Source: an uncultured Acidobacteriota bacterium
Lineage (GTDB): Bacteria; Acidobacteriota; Thermoanaerobaculia; UBA5066
Length of the DNA stretch: 64,000 nucleotides
Assembly: GCA_963779415.1 (NCBI GenBank)
Contig: CAVZYA010000002.1
Span: 1,472,001 to 1,536,000, forward strand
Direction: 5' to 3'
Shown here piece after piece: positions 60,186-64,000 of this stretch (positions are counted from its first letter, which is position 1; each line of letters starts with the position of its first letter). The notes under the pieces were generated by a model. It searched no databases. It was not told where the DNA came from and was given only the letters and a program-made list of their open reading frames with translations. A program made the position numbers and the translations under genes.

Positions 60186-61073
60186 ATGGCCATCGAGAGA
60201 ATCGGTGTCGTGGGCGCGGGGCAGATGGGGGGCGGCATCGCCCATGTGGCCGCGCTGGCAGGGAAGAGCGTGGCCCTTTTCGACGTCTCCAGCGAGGCCG
60301 TCGCGAAGGTGCTGAAGGTCATCGAGAAGAACCTGTCGCGGCAAGTGGAGAAGGGAAAGGTCACGGCGGAGCAGGCGGCGGCGGCCCGGAGCCGGATCAC
60401 GCCGGCGTCCGACGCCTCGGCGCTGGGGCGCGGGGGTTTCGACGCCGACCTCGTCGTGGAGGCGATCGTGGAGAGCGAGGCTCACAAGCGCCCCCTCCTC
60501 GCGGCCCTCGACCGGGACCTCGGGCCGGGAGCCCTCCTGGCGTCGAACACCTCCTCGATCTCGATCACGCGCCTCGCGGCGGCGACGAAGAGACCGGAGA
60601 AGTTCATCGGGATGCACTTCATGAACCCTGTCCCGGTCATGGCGCTCGTCGAGGTGATTCGCGGCGCCGCGACCTCCGACGAGACGGCGGCGTCGGTCGT
60701 CGCCCTGGCGAGGGAGCTGGGAAAGACCCCTGTCGAGTGCCGCGACTTTCCAGGCTTCGTCGCGAACCGCGTTCTGATGCCGATGCTGAACGAGGCGATG
60801 TTCGCCGTTCACGAGGGGGTCGCGACCCCGGACGCGGTCGACACGATCATGAAGCTCGGAGCGAACCATCCGATGGGACCGCTGGCGCTCGCGGACTTCA
60901 TCGGCCTCGACACCTGCCTCTCCATCCTCCGTGTCCTCCACCACGGGCTGGGCGACGACAAGTACCGTCCCTGCCCGCTCCTCGTCCAGATGGTCGACGC
61001 GGGCTGGCTCGGCCGGAAGACCGGCCGGGGATTCCACCGCTATGCCGGGCCGGGAGGCGAGAAGCTCCCTTGA
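60186..61073 (+). CDS. hbd: 3-hydroxybutyryl-CoA dehydrogenase
   Basis: [63 protein letters not shown]. Confidence 0.94.
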   Translation: MAIERIGVVGAGQMGGGIAHVAALAGKSVALFDVSSEAVAKVLKVIEKNLSRQVEKGKVTAEQAAAARSRITPASDASALGRGGFDADLVVEAIVESEAHKRPLLAALDRDLGPGALLASNTSSISITRLAAATKRPEKFIGMHFMNPVPVMALVEVIRGAATSDETAASVVALARELGKTPVECRDFPGFVANRVLMPMLNEAMFAVHEGVATPDAVDTIMKLGANHPMGPLALADFIGLDTCLSILRVLHHGLGDDKYRPCPLLVQMVDAGWLGRKTGRGFHRYAGPGGEKLP

Positions 61074-62923
61074 TCTGCCAGGTCTGCGGCACGCTGAACG
61101 AATCCGACCGGGAGCTCTGCCGGAAGTGCCAGAGCAAGCTCCTCATCGTCTCCGGACGAGTCGAGACATACGAGGAGACGTCTTCCGAGGACGAGCCCGT
61201 CTCCCTCGACGAGCACCTTCTCGAGCGCGTCTCCGTCCTCGAGGAAGTCGTCAAGCGGAGCGCCGAGACCCTCCGGATGCTCCTGGACGCCGCGAACCGG
61301 CAGGAGAGGAGCGGATTCGTCGCGCAGACCGGCCTTCTCGCCCTCAAGGACCTTCTCGAGCGGAAGGGGCTCGTGGCCGAGGAGGAGATGGTCGACCTCT
61401 GGGAGGCACGCGTCGACCACCACATGGCGGTCCTCGAGAAGCGCGAGCGCTTTCTCGAGCGGAAGGAACGGATGGTGGGCGGCTACGCCGGAGCGCGCCG
61501 CGACCGGTTCCGCTCTCTCCTCTCCGACGCGGAGTCGGCCTTCTACGCCCTCGATCCGGAGCGGGCCGTCCGGGCGCTCGAGGAAGCGTGGAAGCTGGAC
61601 CGGAGAAACGCCGAGCTGGCCTTCTTCCTCGGCGAAACGTACTTCAACGAAGGGGAGGCGGAGCGCGCGTCGACGATGCTCCGGCAGGTTCTCGCCCGGG
61701 AGCCCGGTCATTTCGAGGCGCTCGTCTACGCCGGCGTCCTCGAGAGCGACGCCGGGCACACGGAACGGGCGCTCGACCTTCTCAAGACGGCGACCTCCGT
61801 CCGGCCCGACGCGTTCCTCCCCTATTTCGTCATCGGCGCTCTTTACGCCCTGAAGGGCCAGCTCGCGAAGGCGGAAGCGCACCTCAAGCAGGCTCTCGCC
61901 ATCGAGGAGAACGCGCAGACCTATTCCCTGCTCGGGGCCGTCGCCTACGAGCGCGGGCGACTCGCCGATTCCGTCGCCTCCCTCGAGAAAGCCGTCCGCC
62001 TCGACCCCGAGGACGAGGAGGCGCTCTACCACCTCGGCCTCTGTTATCTCGACCGGGGCTGGACGCAGAAGGCGGCCGAGCGTTTCCAGGCCGCGCTGGA
62101 GCTGAACCCGAACCGGATCGAGTATCAGGAAGCGACGAAGCTCCTCCTCCCCTCTGGCTCCCGCGCGCTCCCGAAGGTGACGGGGGAGGCCGCGCGCCTC
62201 GCGCGGCGGGCCGAGGCGGTCGCGCGCCGGAACCCCCAGAAGGCGCTCGCTCTCTATCGCCGTGCCCTCGTGGCCGACCCCGAGAATCCGACACTCCTGA
62301 TCTCTCTCGCCCTTCTCTGCTCCGCGACCGGCCGGATGGCCGAGGCCGTCGCCACGACACGGCGGATCCTCTCCCGGCAGCCCGGGGAGATGGTGGCCGC
62401 GGCCGCGTACGCCACGCAGCTCGAGGCGCTCAAGGCCGAGGGAAAGTACCGCGAGGGAAGCCGCGTGGCCGAGGAGATGCTCGGCGCCGTCCGGTCGAAC
62501 TACGCCCGCTCCATCGCCTACTTCCAGCGCGCGACCGCCCTGGCCGAGACGGGCGAGGATCTCGACGCCGCCCTCGAGTTCGCCGACCTCGCGCTCAAGC
62601 TCTCCCCGAAGGAGATGCGTCACTTTCCCCTCGCGGCGAAAGGCTGGGTCCACTACAAGAGGCGGGAGTTCGACCGGGCGGTGGAGTGCCTTCGGCGCGC
62701 GACCGAGCTGGGGGAGACGCCGTCCGGCCTGACGCACCTCGGGCTCGCCTGCCTCGCGGCGGGGGACGCGCGGGCCGCCCGCCAGGCCTTCGGTCGGGCC
62801 CGGCGGAGGGGGGTCCGGTCCGCAGGGCGCGGGGGGCTCGAGGAGAAGATGCTCGAGCAGCTCCGGCGCCACCTTCAGCTGACCGAGAAGCTGGCGAACC
62901 GCCGGCGCCCCTCGATCCGCTGA
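61070..62923 (+). CDS. Zn-ribbon + coiled-coil + multi-TPR protein
   Basis: TTG overlapping the hbd stop; CQVC..CRKC at the N-terminus; many TPRs ([21 protein letters not shown] etc.). Confidence 0.82.
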   Translation: MICQVCGTLNESDRELCRKCQSKLLIVSGRVETYEETSSEDEPVSLDEHLLERVSVLEEVVKRSAETLRMLLDAANRQERSGFVAQTGLLALKDLLERKGLVAEEEMVDLWEARVDHHMAVLEKRERFLERKERMVGGYAGARRDRFRSLLSDAESAFYALDPERAVRALEEAWKLDRRNAELAFFLGETYFNEGEAERASTMLRQVLAREPGHFEALVYAGVLESDAGHTERALDLLKTATSVRPDAFLPYFVIGALYALKGQLAKAEAHLKQALAIEENAQTYSLLGAVAYERGRLADSVASLEKAVRLDPEDEEALYHLGLCYLDRGWTQKAAERFQAALELNPNRIEYQEATKLLLPSGSRALPKVTGEAARLARRAEAVARRNPQKALALYRRALVADPENPTLLISLALLCSATGRMAEAVATTRRILSRQPGEMVAAAAYATQLEALKAEGKYREGSRVAEEMLGAVRSNYARSIAYFQRATALAETGEDLDAALEFADLALKLSPKEMRHFPLAAKGWVHYKRREFDRAVECLRRATELGETPSGLTHLGLACLAAGDARAARQAFGRARRRGVRSAGRGGLEEKMLEQLRRHLQLTEKLANRRRPSIR

Positions 62924-62983
62924 CGGAAGCGGGCCCGAAGGCCGGTCGGTGGGCGGCGGGTCGTCCCCGCTTTCCTGGCCGCT

Positions 62984-63385
62984 TCAGAACATCCCGACCG
63001 GGCGGGAGGCGTCGTACCGCTCGGCGCGCCCGGGGTCGACCCAGACCGTCTCCGGAGAGCCGGGCGGGATCTGGATCTCCCAGTCCCCCTTCGCGTTCCG
63101 GACCTCGGATCCGAAGAGCTTCCGCCGCTTCGTTTCCGTGAAGAGCTCCCAGAAGACGGTCCCGAAATCGATCCGAGGCGGCCGGAGAACCCACGCGGGG
63201 AGCCGCACGCCGACTTCGATCGCGACGTCGGCGACGAGTGACGGGACGAATCCGCACGCGGCGAGGCGCTCGCGCAGGAGCGGGAAGACCTCCGGCGGCA
63301 GGTCGTGCCTGCCACGCTTCACGCCACGTCCGAGGATGAGATCGTCCAGGGCCTCGACGTCGAGCGGCACGGGAACCTTCAGCAC
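62984..63385 (-). CDS. Hypothetical protein (~133 aa)
   Basis: GTG overlapping the aminotransferase end; protein-like composition with conserved-looking FGTVFWELFTE..LFGSEVRNAKGDW. Confidence 0.6.
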   Translation of the reverse strand: MLKVPVPLDVEALDDLILGRGVKRGRHDLPPEVFPLLRERLAACGFVPSLVADVAIEVGVRLPAWVLRPPRIDFGTVFWELFTETKRRKLFGSEVRNAKGDWEIQIPPGSPETVWVDPGRAERYDASRPVGMF

Positions 63386-64000
63386 CCGGCCGCGCGGAGG
63401 ACCGCCTCGAGACGGGGGAGGACGCGGGCAATATCCTCCGGCGAGACGGCACCCACCGAAAGCCGGAACCACCCCGTCTCCTCCTTGAGTCCGAACGCCT
63501 GGAAGGGGACGGCCGCGAAGCCGGCCTCGTCGAGGAGGATCCTCCGGATCTGCTCGTTCGTCCTTATCGGCTCGCCCTTCCAGCTCCGCCCGACGAGCGG
63601 CAGGCGCGCCGAGAGGTAGATGGCCCCCTGCGGCTCGATGGCGTCGACCGGGAGGCCGCGTCCCTTCATCTCCATCAGGCCGTCGAAGAGGAGGTCGAGA
63701 CGCCGCTTGAGTTTCTCCTTCATCGCTGCCTGCCAGGGCCGGTAAACCTCGGGAGACCTGAGGAGGGCGGCGGTTGCGATCTGCTCGGCGCGGGGAGCCC
63801 ACGCGCCGACGTGGCCGATGAGGTCGGCGGACCGCCGGCGAAGCGCGGGCGGCATCAGCCCCCAGCCGACCCGGAGGCCGGTCGCCGCGAACGACTTCGA
63901 AATGGCGTCGAGGAGGATCGTGTAGGGAGCGATCTCGGGGGCCAGCTCCACCGGCGTCGTGTGGACCGCGCCGTGGAACGTCAGCATCCCGTAGACCTGG
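63379..64000 (-). CDS. PLP-dependent class I/II aminotransferase (5' part outside window)
   Basis: DAISKSFAATGLRVGW (PLP lysine), PQGAIY, AVPFQAFG..WFRLSVG. Confidence 0.9.
   Translation of the reverse strand, partial: QVYGMLTFHGAVHTTPVELAPEIAPYTILLDAISKSFAATGLRVGWGLMPPALRRRSADLIGHVGAWAPRAEQIATAALLRSPEVYRPWQAAMKEKLKRRLDLLFDGLMEMKGRGLPVDAIEPQGAIYLSARLPLVGRSWKGEPIRTNEQIRRILLDEAGFAAVPFQAFGLKEETGWFRLSVGAVSPEDIARVLPRLEAVLRAAGC

Overview
High-GC, densely coding chromosomal window. The gene content and order suggest a diderm such as Acidobacteriota/Thermoanaerobaculia (inference). No rRNA, tRNA, CRISPR array or mobile element was recognised. In order: a TolC-MFP-RND efflux operon (fragmented); a divergent PlsC-type acyltransferase and long-chain acyl-CoA synthetase; a DUF2279-like gene; a TetR-TolC-HlyD-2xATPase-2xpermease ABC exporter operon; phhB and mnmA; a short radical SAM gene and an AlkD-like gene; thioredoxin-like, DUF3467, TPR, cysE, folK and FYDLN genes; tgt-yajC-[Mre11/SbcD-like nuclease + membrane-anchored Rad50/SbcC-like ATPase]-secD-secF; gltP/dctA, dedA, relA/spoT and rpmB; pilMNOPQ followed by two lipoproteins (one a large Ig/IPT-repeat protein) and a TPR-roadblock fusion; accB-accC-aroK-metallophosphoesterase-HEAT/cyclophilin-2-hydroxyacid dehydrogenase; a stand-alone flavin-dependent halogenase; an ABC pair; an ECF sigma/anti-sigma/bactofilin-like operon; hbd with a Zn-ribbon TPR gene; and a partial aminotransferase. 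About 11 single-base frameshifts, mostly +1 and several in housekeeping genes, look like sequencing errors. The most notable observations are: (1) a ComEA-like helix-hairpin-helix domain inserted in the extracytoplasmic loop of SecF, in an operon that also carries a DNA nuclease and a membrane-anchored SMC-like ATPase; (2) a miniaturised DNA-repair radical SAM protein that keeps a beta-clamp-type motif; (3) a pilQ-linked module with an Ig-repeat lipoprotein and a TPR-roadblock fusion; (4) repeated signs of leaderless transcription.
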